Position numbers and translations under genes: made by a program. The notes under the pieces are model-generated. The model was not told the origin of the DNA. It did no database searches and saw only the letters and a program-made list of their open reading frames with translations. DNA of 46,717 nucleotides, the filler included, from Catajapyx aquilonaris (lineage: Eukaryota): NCBI GenBank assembly GCA_000934665.2. It is 2 parts of 2 records of this genome, joined end to end, with 100 filler letters (N's around TTAATTAATTAA, not from the genome) between each part and the next. Parts side by side here need not be neighbours in the genome. Positions count along the whole stretch, not along the records: positions 22,294 to 46,717 come from JYFJ02005930.1; 1 more part is not named here. One strand, 5' to 3'. Below, in pieces: positions 26,243 through 38,700 of the stretch (within the stretch, counting starts at the first letter, position 1; every line of letters begins with the position of its first letter).

Positions 26243-28340
26243 CTGGAAATGAATAGCAAGTTGTAAGTTGGAACTCGACATGGCCTTGAATTACCACATT
26301 ACGTAACACACTGTAAGCACACTTCAAGTTGCAAAATAACGCTTCGTTAAGGCTCACCTCTCAAAATGCCTTCTAGTGCAAGTGGCAGCACTTGTGTTCC
26401 CAGGGTGTCCCCCTAATTCATCGTAGATGTGCTTCCACATCTTCTTGGCAGTGACAGCCTCATAGCCTCCCAGAGTTTGTACTTTGTCGAAGAAGAAGAA
26501 CAAATCAACTGAAACGATAAATCACCGGTCAGACATCCGTCCTTCGCATTCCAAAAGCGACGTGTGCTCACTCTTTTTGAACCCAAGGTGTGGAACACGC
26601 TCTATGGGTGTGTTCCGCTGGTTCATGAAGAGGTTGAGCTTCTCCAAGAACTCAACCTCCTCTTTGCTTGGCTTGCCCTTTGGCTTGGAGTCAGTCAACT
26701 GGTAGTTGTTTCTGCAGAGACCGTTGCGACGAGGAACGGCTGGTTTGGACTGGAAATATATAAAAAAAAGCAGGCTTCATTAACAAAGTACGTCAACATG
26801 ACAGCTCAGCGTGCACCGCCCAGAATGATCACAACAAAAGCAATACATTGTACGTGCTCTCAGTGCAACAAATTCCTTCCACTTACATCAAACAATCCGG
26901 CGCATTTGGACATGTACCACTCCATACCGACATCGAAACACTGCTTCCAATGCACGAGATGAGAACAATGCTCGAGATAGAGTTTGTTTACTAAAGATTG
27001 CAGAAGTTTGGCCGCTGCCGTGGCGACCCCGTTCCATTTGGACCGTTTTGTGACTGGCAACCCTGTCGCCATGGCAATGCCCAAACTTCCAAGCAATCCT
27101 TGGAATTGGTCGTAAAATGGCCGTAAAAATTGGCATTTGTGAAGTACGGTACAGTACTATGCAGAGTAATATTGTCAATTAGACCATACCAAAATAGCAA
27201 CTCCTCAAAATAAGGCAAATTCCAGTGCAACAAAACTTTGCTTCAGTTCAACAACAGCCTGTACGACTCTGTGTGTCATACGGTTGTAAAGGACAACTTA
27301 CAATAACGAGGGAAGAGGATGTGCTGGACGAAGATTCAGACTCGTTGGACTCGGATCCTGGAGACAGGCTTCGTTTCTTCCGCTTCTTCCTAGGCCTCCC
27401 TTTCAGCTTTGGTGCTGTACGGAGAGAAAAACTTATTTAAAAATCCATACTTACGCATTACCACACATGTGCACCTTGCCACATATTTGATTTAAAAAAC
27501 CGCTATTCAATTGCCTCACTGCATATTTGTTAATGCGGAACCTCGGCGCTCAATAAAACAAGATGCTATAGAGTGCATTTACTGGATAGGTGCGCTATTT
27601 ACAACGATTCACAAAAACTGTGATTGCAATACAGATGTTGCACATGCAGCGAGGAATTATTACTGGTCTGTCATCATTAGTTAACGCATCGGAAAACACT
27701 GCACGTCACAAATCCTATATAAGATACCGCTACGTAATATGTGTATCAGTATCTTATAGGATTTGTGACATGCAATTTTGTGTACATGGCACGATGCCAA
27801 TTTTCATTCCATTTCTGTACAAAATCCCAGGAAGAGATTCTCCTTAATAATACCAAGTCCTGATTGCAATAACCCTGTAATGCTGTATCCAAGGTCATGC
27901 AAAAAAACTGTCAGCTGCAATTAATCTGCAGTTGACATTTGACCTTTCAGCACATCCCTACAAAACTGGAATGAATTACTGTACTCGTCCAACGGTAATT
28001 GCGACACAAAATTATCTTAATTATCTCTTTGGGATCAGATTCAAATGTGGCGCCTTATTAAACAACAGGGCGGGTTTTTCAAAAAAATAAAATGTCTTAA
28101 ACTGACCCAAATGGTTGCAGAGCAGCTCGTGGTCCTCCAACTCCGGGTAGTCGAATGTCTCCCTGCAGAAAAGAACCCTGGTCCTCGGTTGAGGTACTGC
28201 GAACCCTCCAAGAGCCACGACCAGAGTGTACCTCAGCCATTTGTTGGCCACTCCTTCCAACCTCTTCTGCAATGCCCTGTACCTGCAGTACCGTGCGTAG
28301 CTCAGAACTATCACCGACGAAGCTTCTCCATTGTCGTACC
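24562..28340 (-). CDS. ARID5B: ARID5/ARID5B-like AT-rich interaction domain transcription factor, 5'-partial; join(28340-28107, 27414-27302, 26749-26572, 26508-26358, 26242-24562), about 784 aa visible
   Basis: Spliced translation gives VIVLSYARYCRYR...ALGGF...FCRETFDYPELEDHELLCNHLAPKLKGRPRKK, then EEVEFLEKLNLFMNQRNTPIERVPHLGFKKIDLFFFFDKVQTLGGYEAVTAKKMWKHIYDELGGHPGNTSAATCTRRHFERLLLPYERHSKGEEHKPLPP. This matches recalled vertebrate ARID5B motifs (VIVLSYPQYCRYR, APNLKGRPRKK, WKHIYDELGGNPGSTSAATCTRRHYERLILPYERFIKGEEDKPLPP). All four introns are GT-AG and keep frame; stop TGA at 24564-24562. Confidence 0.93.
25879..26010 (-). repeat. Coding tandem repeat, 15-bp unit with 30-bp alternation, encoding ([10 protein letters not shown])n
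   Basis: Plus strand repeats gtcacagggtgcagc / gtcactggatgtgat; protein [33 protein letters not shown]. Confidence 0.9.
26358..26508 (-). CDS. ARID5B: ARID5 coding exon (151 bp), core of ARID domain
   Basis: Acceptor TATCGTTTCAG|TT, donor GAGAG|GTGAGC; encodes (I)DLFFFFDKVQTLGGYEAVTAKKMWKHIYDELGGHPGNTSAATCTRRHFE(R). Confidence 0.94.
26572..26749 (-). CDS. ARID5B: ARID5 coding exon (178 bp), start of ARID domain
   Basis: Acceptor TATATTTCCAG|TCC, donor AAGA|GTGAGC; encodes SKPAVPRRNG...EEVEFLEKLNLFMNQRNTPIERVPHLGFKK. Confidence 0.92.
27302..27414 (-). CDS. ARID5B: ARID5 coding exon (113 bp), basic KGRPRKKRKKR (AT-hook-like/NLS) and Ser-rich segment
   Basis: Acceptor TTTTCTCTCCGTACAG|CA, donor ATT|GTAAGT; encodes (A)PKLKGRPRKKRKKRSLSPGSESNESESSSSTSSSLVI. 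Confidence 0.9.
28107..28340 (-). CDS. ARID5B: ARID5 coding exon (234 bp), C-terminal part of the N-terminal BAH-like region
   Basis: Acceptor TTGTTTGTTGCAG|GG, donor TTGG|GTCAGT; phase 1 at both ends; encodes YDNGEASSVIVLSYARYCRYRALQKRLEG...DHELLCNHL. Confidence 0.9.
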
Positions 28341-28449
28341 CTGCAACAAACAAACGTGGTTTTACATCACTGTGGAGTGTGACAGAGTGTACGACCGTAC
28401 ATGCGACAACATGGCGGTTGTCCGGTCTTTTTTGGACGTGTGAGAGACG

Positions 28450-28468
28450 GAGAGAGAGAGAGAGAGAG
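28450..28468. repeat. (GA)n microsatellite about 110 bp upstream of an ARID5 splice acceptor
   Basis: GAGAGAGAGAGAGAGAGAG. Confidence 0.9.
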
Positions 28469-31400
28469 CTGAAGGCTTGGCCCGCCCAGGGGAGACTGTC
28501 CCTGGTCAACAACAGATCAATAACAGAGATGGATGCAATATTGGGATACCTATAGCCTCGACTCAGCTCGCCTGCTCTCGTGTCGTCCCGGCGACTATTC
28601 AAGAAAATCTATCTGTCAGGGCTGTGGGGGTTGGTTGGATGGGGGGGCGTACCGTCAGAGAAAAAAAAGGCTATGCACATGTGCAACATCGCCACGTGTA
28701 CAGATGTACCATATGGAGCAGCATTGTGTTCACGCACAGATCCCAACATCATCTGGCTAGGTACGTTACTACTAGAAAATGTGCTGTCCTTGGTACGGAA
28801 ATACCTGATTTCCTTGACATCGCATGTCACAATCTCTGGTTATATCGTGCAGATGAGCATGTCAAGGCATGTGTCGCAAGTTCGGAAAAAAAAATGTTCG
28901 CCCACGTTCTCACGATTATTACAAGACAATGAAAGCAATCACTTTATTGTACGACTAATAAAATATGCCTACCGCCCTCAATACGTCACGCGGCTAACCC
29001 AAATCAGCCTGGAAAAATAATTGTGTCCACAAAATGTATCACAACACCCTTTTTTTAAAACAAAAAAAAAACGAACAGCTTTGGCCCCATTAGAAAATGA
29101 CATCCCCCCTTCCCCCCACATAAAACTTCCAGCCCAGGCCAGCAAATGCAATCCGGGCAAATCAATACCATTTCCCCCAGTTATNAAAAAAAAATATTGG
29201 TGTATAAACGGAGATCACGTCCCGGAATCAATATTTAATAACACATCAAAAATTATATCGGTTTATCTTTTTGAATATTATGAAACTATAGACGATTACA
29301 TCGTTTCGCGACTTTTTATTTCAACCTCTGTGCGTCATTACAGCTTCTTATTTACTATTTCGCAAATGTAAGCATTGCGCTAATTTCTCTCCAGTGCTAT
29401 TATATAGTTTTTTTTTCCCTACCTCCCCACTTTTCCTACTCCCGCCCTTGGCAATGTTTTCACGTGCAAATAAAAAAAAAGAAGCCTGGGAGAAATCTGA
29501 GTCCATAATACACACAGCAGGTCGTCCTCTGCTCCACTTCCCGCTTCTTCTTTTTTAGCCTTTTAAAAAAAAAAATCTGCAAATCGGATTTTTCTCCTTG
29601 GCACACGTTCAGAGAGACTCGAGCTTCTCGCGCACACACAAAAAAAAACTGCGAATAATGCGGAAACATAACTCATCTAATTGGTTTGCGGACAAAATGC
29701 AGGCAAATTTACTTTAGCACGACCCCAACAAGTACATGGGAAGTTTAACACCCTTTTTTTGTGTCATATTTTAAGTACGTTTTTTTAAAAACAAATCTTC
29801 CGTCCCATTAGAATTTTTTCATGCTTGAACGGCCCGTGCAAATTTCACCTGCACAGTAATTCGGCACCATTAACTGCATAATCCTCCTATTTTCCTTTTC
29901 ATAGTCCTAGCTGGATTAACCCGCCGGAATGCTAGTCCCCACAATAGACTATTATAAGACTGCAATAGACTCTCTCCCCCACTTATTAACCGCCAGTGTT
30001 TAGTATCACACAATCCTCTCCTATTTATCTTGAAATTATATTTCAAGTTTTGAGTCGAAATTAACTCGTCATGACTGAATTTTTATGCAACTTAATTAAC
30101 GCACCAAATATTTCTCCTTGTCTTTTTTCTTTCTTCAACTTCCTCGGTCGAGAAAACTCTTAGGTCAGGGAATCGCGTAAACACAACATCGGCAAGGTCT
30201 TCAAGATGATGATGTGAAGCTTCCCCAACCAGAAAGGCAACTTTCCCAATCGAGAGAAGAGGCCAGCGCATGAAAGTGTAATTTACACCCGACGAAATAA
30301 ACCCCAGCGCATTTTTAAACGTGGCCCTCATTGCTTTTCAAACACTTTACTATCTTAGAAGCTCCACAAAACTGGGTGTGATACAAATTGGCATTATTTC
30401 TCTCACTCTCGCCAAAAAAAGGGGGGGCTAGAATACACGGCGTGAAAATAAAAAGGGACAAAAAAAAATATTTGGTGAAGGGAAATATGGCAGTTCGTTA
30501 TTGCATGAGCGCTCAACCATTTCTGAGAAGGATTCACATTTTCCGGTGTGAATAGAAGGAATAGAAGCAATTTTGAAGTGAAAGACTTTTGCGTTCTTTT
30601 TTTTTCATCCACTTCTAACTGAACAAAGGTCGCGCGGAACTTATTACCTTGGATATGAAAACAAAAAAAAAAAAAAATTCACTTTTGAAAAAACCTTTTG
30701 CTGCTCGCATAATAAGAGCTGACTCAACCTTGCGACCATATTAAGTGTTAAAGAACCGTTTTATTAATAAGAGTGACGCAAATGGGAGCGCCGATAAAAA
30801 TTTTATCCGGACTCGCGCTAAATTGCGCGTATAGTGTGTAATTTGCATTGTAGCTATAATGGCCATTTGCATTCCCATTCTCTCTTGACGTAAAATATTC
30901 ATCGCTCATATAAGGCATTATTTTTTAAAAAACATTGTATCCGACAGATGATCTCATTGCTATAACAATCAACTCCCTCGGGGCCAGGTGTCCAACACGT
31001 ATATATATACAAAACGAGCCACGTTGCCATCATATGAAACAACATGTGACTTCCCATACAAGCTGGGAAAGGAAAATGAAAATGTCGTGACTGATGGGCG
31101 TCACATCTACACGCATTTTCCCATCGTACAACATCCGACAATGCCTCCAAAACAGTGACACGTATCCATCAAAAATCATTCTCTCGTATAGCAAAAATTT
31201 AATTAATCGCATTTGTTGCCTAATCAAAATGCGTTCATTAACATTGCAAGTGGCGTGACCACTTACTCTTCTTTTTTTTTAAACTACTTTCAACCGAAAT
31301 AAATCACTCTAAAGCACGTGCCCACAAGAATTTCTCACCCTTAGTAAAAATTTAAAGTTGGGTGGATAAAATGGACTCGCCCTTTCTCATTATTCATGCT

Positions 31401-34400
31401 CGTTTCATTATTCAAGTAAATCGGAGCATATTTTTTTTCTTCCCCTCTAACTTCGAGTCATGTAAATGATTGCACCGGGGGCTTATGGGTTGATGGAGGG
31501 GAGAGTTTCATTTCATGTCCAGTAAAAAAAAAAACGGGACAAGTATTAATGCCAGATATATCTGGACACGCAACGGTGTTTGGGGAAGCCCGGGGAAAAA
31601 AAGTGGGTTAATTGCCGGGTTTAATTTCCTGACCTCCCCTAAATCCCCCCCTCTTCATCTTGATATACAGCCAATGAATATTTATATTTTCCATTTCCCC
31701 CTCATTATTACGCCATTATTAACAATATTATTAATACAAACAAAAAATCATGTTGAGGGTAAATAGATTGGTTAACATTTAACCCTCTGATCAGGGTTGA
31801 TGATTCCAAAGTATCACCCTGAGGTAATAACCCCTCCGGATAAAACATCCTGAGCCCAAATGCAATTGAGTTGGAGCAAAAATCGATAAATGGACTGCAA
31901 AAAGGATGGGGCCCTCCTTTTTTTTATCCAACGCTGCCGAATTTCGATAAATCAATTTTTTTTGAAAGAGTGATGTTAAAATATTTTTTTATCTCTCTTC
32001 AGGTCTGTGTATAAGCTCTTGTCGAGTGAGTCACAAAGTGAAACTCGACCCGCCCACTTTCTATATTAAAACCAGTTGAAACTTAATTGCCAAAACTACA
32101 AGCCACGCCCCGCTCTCAAATTATTAGGGGGAAGGGAAGGAGTGGATAAGCCATCAAACAAATTGATGAAAATTCAACGCACGTAATTCATTCATGATAA
32201 GGCAACACTGTATATTGAACCCCTCTTCCAAACCACAGATCTACAACTCCAATGAGAGCGTACAGTCACGGAAATTACTCTTCGGTCTCTGGGTTGGTTT
32301 TTTTTTTTAAAGGAGGGTCATGGAAAATTACACAACCTAGTTCTCAATATAGCTACAATTGGATCCACCCACTGTGCAAAAAAAAAATAGTCGACTCCCA
32401 GTACATATTGCACAAATTTGCAGTAAAGCAATAACTGTCCGCCAAATTCCGGGGATAAAGGCTAGGGGGGGAATGTGATGGGTGGGATGGGGGTGGGGGA
32501 TGGGGGGGTTGAAGTTATATAGTGTGGAGTTGAAATTGGAAATCGATTTATCGCCACGGTGCCGGTCGGAAACGCGATAAAACCATTCCACTAAAAAGTC
32601 CTGTAATGCCATGAAAACCTCATCTGGTAGGACACGCAAATGTCCGCCTCACAGTTTTTCACACTGTTTTAAACGTTACTTCCCTCATGCTGTCATACAC
32701 ACACACGTACACGCCCCCCAAATATTAAGCCCCCCCNCCCCCCCCCCCAAATTAATCTCATCAACTGCGAATATATGATCATCGCGAAATTTGTGAGGGC
32801 ACCAAAATTCAACCGAGCTCTGTTCATATACTCTGGAGGTCGGATTCATTATACAGGATTTCATTTTGTGTTGCAGCCTGAACCCATCCAGCTCAAATAA
32901 TAATAAAAAAATGAGCTCAGAGATAATATTTGATGAAATCATTACGGGATTAAATGAGTGCTCTCTAGCTGCTTTTTGACCTTTTCAATGGAAATTGACT
33001 TTTTTTTAAATAAAAAAAACTAAAAAGCTGCTTTCATCGTTGATAAGCGCACCCTGCATTAATTAATAAGCCACATTCATCGTCCTAATTACCCGTTAAT
33101 TTTAATTATAATAAATATGACAGTCCTCGGAACAAATGACACTTCCTATAGTACATCTTTTAAGTTTGGTCTAGTCTGATTATTAGATACTATTATGGTG
33201 CATTGTAATATTGTAATAATGAAATGTTCTGAAAAGACCTGGTGGCGTGACATACTTCGGCAGAATATGCACTGTATACTGTATGGGGGCTTGAATAATG
33301 AAATTCCTGCAAGTTTTCCCAAACCTGCAATGCAGCAATTAGCGTGCAATGACTGGATGCAATAAATACTGTACACAACAGGACAATCCCAACAGGCTCG
33401 TAGTTCAAACAGTAAACAAACGCTATATCATTCAACCTGTATACCGATTCATATATTGTCGTCTATTGACATTCAGTACACTGCAAAAATCCTTGACCAA
33501 AATCCAGCATAACAATCCAATGTTCCCAATATGGAAAGGGCATAACAGGAAGTGACGACGCCCGCCGCAAATTGGCTTCCTAGCTTCTTTTTTTTCCTTT
33601 CTACACTGTGCAATCATCGAAGCGTATAGCGAACATAAAAAGGACATGCCTTTTGATAACTAAGTTTTCCTGCAAGTGACCGCCACCGAACCTGTGATTT
33701 ATGAACCATCTGTTTCACTTCTGACGTCCATTTAAAAAAGAGACGAAGGAAAAAAAAAAATCAATCGTAGAAAGGCGGCTTGCTTCAATTACGTCCAACG
33801 AACAAAAGCAAACTATTTCCAGTGGAGTTGACCTCTTGGATAACAACAATTCAGGTCCCACCAATATTACAGTTACATTTTTTTGTTGTTGTCATTCTCC
33901 TTTCTTTTGGCGACTAACTTAGACCTGCACGCTAGGGGATAAGCGTAGACATCTTTTTTATCTTTTTGTTTCCACATTGGCAGTTAAAAATACTTTGGGT
34001 TTACGACGTCAAAACGTGCCAGAGATAAACGCACTGCATTGTGCCGATATTTGTTTAGAACTCTTTTCGGTGCAGCCTCGTTACATTAAGCCTACACCCA
34101 GTGGGGGTCATTCGCCAAAAAAAAATATTACCTTTTGTCACGTATGTAAGTGTGTGAGTCACACTCTAAATGCATACATAGTAATGAGACCGCATGTGAA
34201 CCTGTCCGTTACGATGGAATGACCCTTCAATTATTTAAGTGTCAGCATGAACCTGCGAAAATTCGTTTACCGTTCCAATTACTGTATCGCATTACGGTCT
34301 TATCTCCAATAACAGGCTGCGTAAGTACGGTATTCAGTTTTGTAAGTCAAGAGAATTTGGCATGAGAAGAGGGAACACTTTATTTTTTTTATGTAGTCAG

Positions 34401-35637
34401 ATTCCCCTACAGGCCCACAGTATAACAAAAGGCAATTATCCCGTGTCACGCAAGAGTTATTTTTCCTTTTTATCGAGTTCCCTTCACTGCAGCAAAATTA
34501 CACTGTTATTACTGCATGGCCTTTTATGCGTATTACATCGTAATAGCCTACAGTTTTCTCGGCTTCACATGCCAGAAACAGCCCTCCCAAAAACATTTTA
34601 ATCTGCATAATATTCATCCGTTCAAAGTAAACTGCAAACACCGCTTTAATTGGCAAATATGTGCAATGTACATATTATTTCACAGGGGGTGCAACCTCAT
34701 TAAAACGCCCGCTATGTGAATTTTTAAAAAATTGTTGCAATACCACGTTGCGCATCAAAAACTAACATTATTTATACATCCCGGAGCGTACAATGCGCAT
34801 TAATTAATTAATTAATGAGGGCAGCCCGGGCTACGGATGAGAGCATTCCGGACAAACTAAATATAGCCCCCCCCCCTCCCCATCACCCTACCAAAAAAAA
34901 GTGACTGCATATGGCATACAATTGTGCACATTGCATTAAAACAATGTGAATTATGTATCCGCCTAGTTGGGAACCGAGCGCTACGGAATTTGTAAACAGG
35001 CTTTGTTTACCATTGGGCTCGAATAAGTGAAGGTTTAATTGAGCACAGCACAATTCGCGATCCTGTGGCCTCCACTTCGCCTAATCTCTATGTAACTATT
35101 TTCCCGGGACTGTATGTTTTTTTTTCAACATCAAAATTGTGTGTGGCTTCATGTTGTAATATACAGAGCCCTTTTCACGTGTGACCTCCCTGCAGTAATA
35201 GCATGCACATAGAGTTGACCGTCGGCTTATTGAATTAATTATTCACGCACCGCCATCATTTATTAGCCCAAACGGCGCGAGGGAATTACGGATTCACAAT
35301 GAGCACTCGGACACAAAATTAATATTTGAAAGCTTGCTCTTTAAACCTTGCCAGGTATGGATTTATCATATGTCCCTGCCAACTCTGCTCTAATTTTTTT
35401 TCCTGTTTTTATTCTAGGTGCGATACAGCATTTCCAGTAGAGGTCTGCGAACTTGTGTCCACAAAAAAAAATCGCAAAAAAAAACCACAGAGTGCGATAG
35501 AGGAAAAGGAAACCGGGTGCCTCTGATAAAATTAGGAAGTGAGATTCGGTGCTCTCAGGAGATTATTTCGGGCAGAGTACACAATTCAACTCTTATCTGT
35601 ACTTTTTGGACGCGTGATAAATGTACGAAGTCAGTTG

Positions 35638-35797
35638 TCGATATATCGATAAGCAAAATATTTTATGGCATTATTATCGATATATCGAGAAACCAAAAAA
35701 TTTCATGACAGTGTCATAGATATATCGATAAGCAAAATATTTCGTGCTATGACACGCATCGATATTTCGATATGTCGATATCCAAAATATTTCATGC
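35638..35797. repeat. Degenerate tandem repeat (about 40-50 bp x 4) built on TCGATATATCGA palindromes
   Basis: GATATATCGATAAGCAAAATATTT occurs twice, plus two variants; TATCGATA at 35644, 35675 and 35723. Confidence 0.8.
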
Positions 35798-38700
35798 TCT
35801 GGCCATCGTGCGATGTTAATTTGTGCCGCCATCTGTCAGCGTTTATGGTCCGGCACTTTATCCCTTCCGCATGCGTTTCACACATATAAAAAAAAATAAT
35901 AATAACAAAAAAGGTCAATGCGATCGCGGATGGAATAATGCATGACAAAAACCTGCGCCAAATCGAAGGCCGTCATCGCAATAAGGCACAACAGGCACCG
36001 GTGCTCAATATCAACCGCTTGGCACTTTGGCAGCAAAGTGATACAGCTCCCAAATAGCCTATATCCCAAAACCCCCCCCTCACTTCACCTCATTCTTTTA
36101 TCTGTCAGCGCCATAACTCTATTGATCCGACATAATATCGCCCGCTCGCAAAAATATAATGCCTGGGGCCAGCCTATAAAGAATTTAAGTCCAAGCCGTC
36201 CCTTGAGAGGTGGAAGAAAAAAAAAAGTAATAATGTTGCGGTTACTGTTTGAGTGTGCATACAATTTGCACGTAAATAGTGGCGGAAATTAGGACGTGTT
36301 ACTATTGGCTGAATGCCATCACTTTGTTCACCTTTTGCGCAGAGTCAGTTGAACTCTTTTCAGGCGTTTGGGAGGGGTTGGATGGGGGTGGGGGGTAGGG
36401 AAGAGTAGGGGGGGAAACTTTGCTAAATTAATCCGAGGGTCTGTTCCAGAAGTCTCTTTTTGCCAAAAGTTTGCACAGCTCGGCGGCGAAACTAACGAGC
36501 AAATGAGAAAATTATAAGGTACAAATGGGACACCCCCCCCCCCTCTGTTCCCACCCCCTCACCCCTTCTAACCCCCCCAATTTCAACCTCATCATGCCTA
36601 AAATACTGTTTCTCACTATTTAGAATCACTATTGTTTCACTTTCGCTCCCTTACATGACGCAGAAGGGGAGGGCCGGGGAAAAAAACTTGTACAGTATAC
36701 AAAAGTGGAACACATAACGGGATTGCACAGCACGTGGACTACATCAAACGGAGCGTACAAACAACAAAAAGGAATAAATGTATTACCAGGAGATCCCTAT
36801 AAGCTGATCCGGACTTATTTATTCCAGACCTTTTCCTGCATGCTGAATAATAATAGGGTCAAATAAACAGTCCGCTGTGGTTCAGTCAAGAGCCAGAAAT
36901 TGGGTGCTATAACAACTAATCCCAGCTCGAATATCACATCGCATGTATAGTTTATACGCCTTATACCAGTTTCCAATCTTAATTTTTGGAAAGAAAAAGT
37001 AATAGCGCTTGAAATAACTTGGGCCACAAATATTTCACATACAGATGTTACTCCAGCCAGCAAAAGGCCAAAACGGCATTACACAATATAACGAAGCGCT
37101 CTAAAAATAATCTGGTAATTCCGCCCGGCTCTAGCTGATTGGCAACTCACATCACCTGCTTCGACCATCAGATAATTTTATACATGAAAAAAAAGTATCG
37201 GCCAGGTGTTAATTACTGTTAGGCGAAAGTGTGCAGATAGCGGTTACAGGCGTATAAATGGTATTAATTTTATATAAAAAAAGCATGCTCAGCAAAAACC
37301 TGCAGGCATTTTTATTTCTTATTTTTTTTCGAAGGCCTATTACAGCGATTCGTTTTCACTGCTAATAACGCACGCACCGAAGGCAAAAAAAAGGAGGAAG
37401 GGTTAAAGTACCTAAGGCATGTAACGTTGCCATGGGAACGGAAGTTCTCTTTTCTGTTCATTTTTTTTTCTTTCTTCTATTCCACCTTTCTTTTTCTTTT
37501 TCTAACATTTCGCAGCACGCGACCGAAATCCAGCCAACGTTTTTTTTTTTTTTTGTAACCCCTTTTTTTCCTCGAAGTTTTTTTTTTTCATGTTGACTGT
37601 ATTGCACTTATATTCCTTTTTCATGACAACCAGTCATGTTTATAACTCGAGCAGAAAAAAAACACTATTGTTGAGGGATCAAACGGATTTTGGGAGGGAG
37701 AGCTGAAGCTTTGAGATGGCGCCGAGAGAGGTCGACGCCGTGCGTTTTATTTCCTAAATGCGTCACGCAAACTCTTTTGAAAAACAAACACGTCTTATCA
37801 AAAAGCTATGACACTAAAATTACTTGCAACTTGGACATATAATAACACTATTATAAACTCCCCTGCATTTTTTTTTTTTGCTTTACAAAAAAATAAAAAA
37901 AATAAAATGGGCACTGGACTCTTTAAATTTTTCCTGCTGGATGCCGACACAAATACCAATAAAAATCGATCCAGTTTCACCCTCGTTTTTGGCCACGTTT
38001 TTTTTTACAGCCAAAATGAACGCTTCAGAGAGTAACAAGTTTCCAACACGTTATTCAAGCACCTTTTTTTTCTCTCCTCCCCCCAACTCTCTTCGAATCA
38101 TTACTCCAAGGGTAGTAAAACCGGTTGTGCGGAAGGACAGCGTACAAACAATGCACATGTGTAGTGATTAGCCCACAAAACGCCGTGACATTGTTATAAA
38201 AATAGCCGCGCGTTCTATCACTCAGCTACTTAGAAGCCTCGTTACGTCGCTTTTGGGGGGGGTGGAGGAAAATAAAATGAAAATTTTCAGCAACCTGACA
38301 CAAACTAGTCCCCCTCCGGAAATATAAATTATTTGGGCTCGTCCACACTGCGCATCTTGGCACAAAACACAGGAAATGAGTTACTAATAAAGCACACATA
38401 TGGCTCGTGTGTGCATGTGAGCGAAGTTGACACCGGGACCTTTTTTTTCTGTATAATACTGCACGATTTTGATGACGAACAAAAGAACTGTGGCAGCTGC
38501 GCTTAATTCGCGACCGTGCCGATTTCTTCATTATCTGGCCAGCCAGAAATTAGTGTCATGTTAGTGCGAGGCAGTACCAAAGCAAGTGTCTTTCAGTGGA
38601 TTCCATCTCCACTTGTTTACTCATCTCCGGATTTATGGGCCCCCTGTCCCTGTCTTTTTGGCAGCCATAAACTGAGGGTGGAAAACCGGCGTTGCCATTC

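Noticed and set aside
24331..26266. Several plus-strand ORFs overlapping the large ARID5 exon
   Set aside because: Antisense shadows of a GC-rich coding exon
26509..26571. 63-nt intron (multiple of 3) as a candidate in-frame retained intron within the ARID domain
   Set aside because: Retention introduces an in-frame TGA (…GAC CGG TGA)
30092..30331. ORF containing LEDLADVV as a candidate upstream ARID5 exon
   Set aside because: Only a four-residue resemblance to the LEDLVKW motif; no flanking similarity or suitable splice sites
30844..30853. TGCATTGTAG resembling miR-33
   Set aside because: The match is limited to about 10 nt and no precursor hairpin is evident
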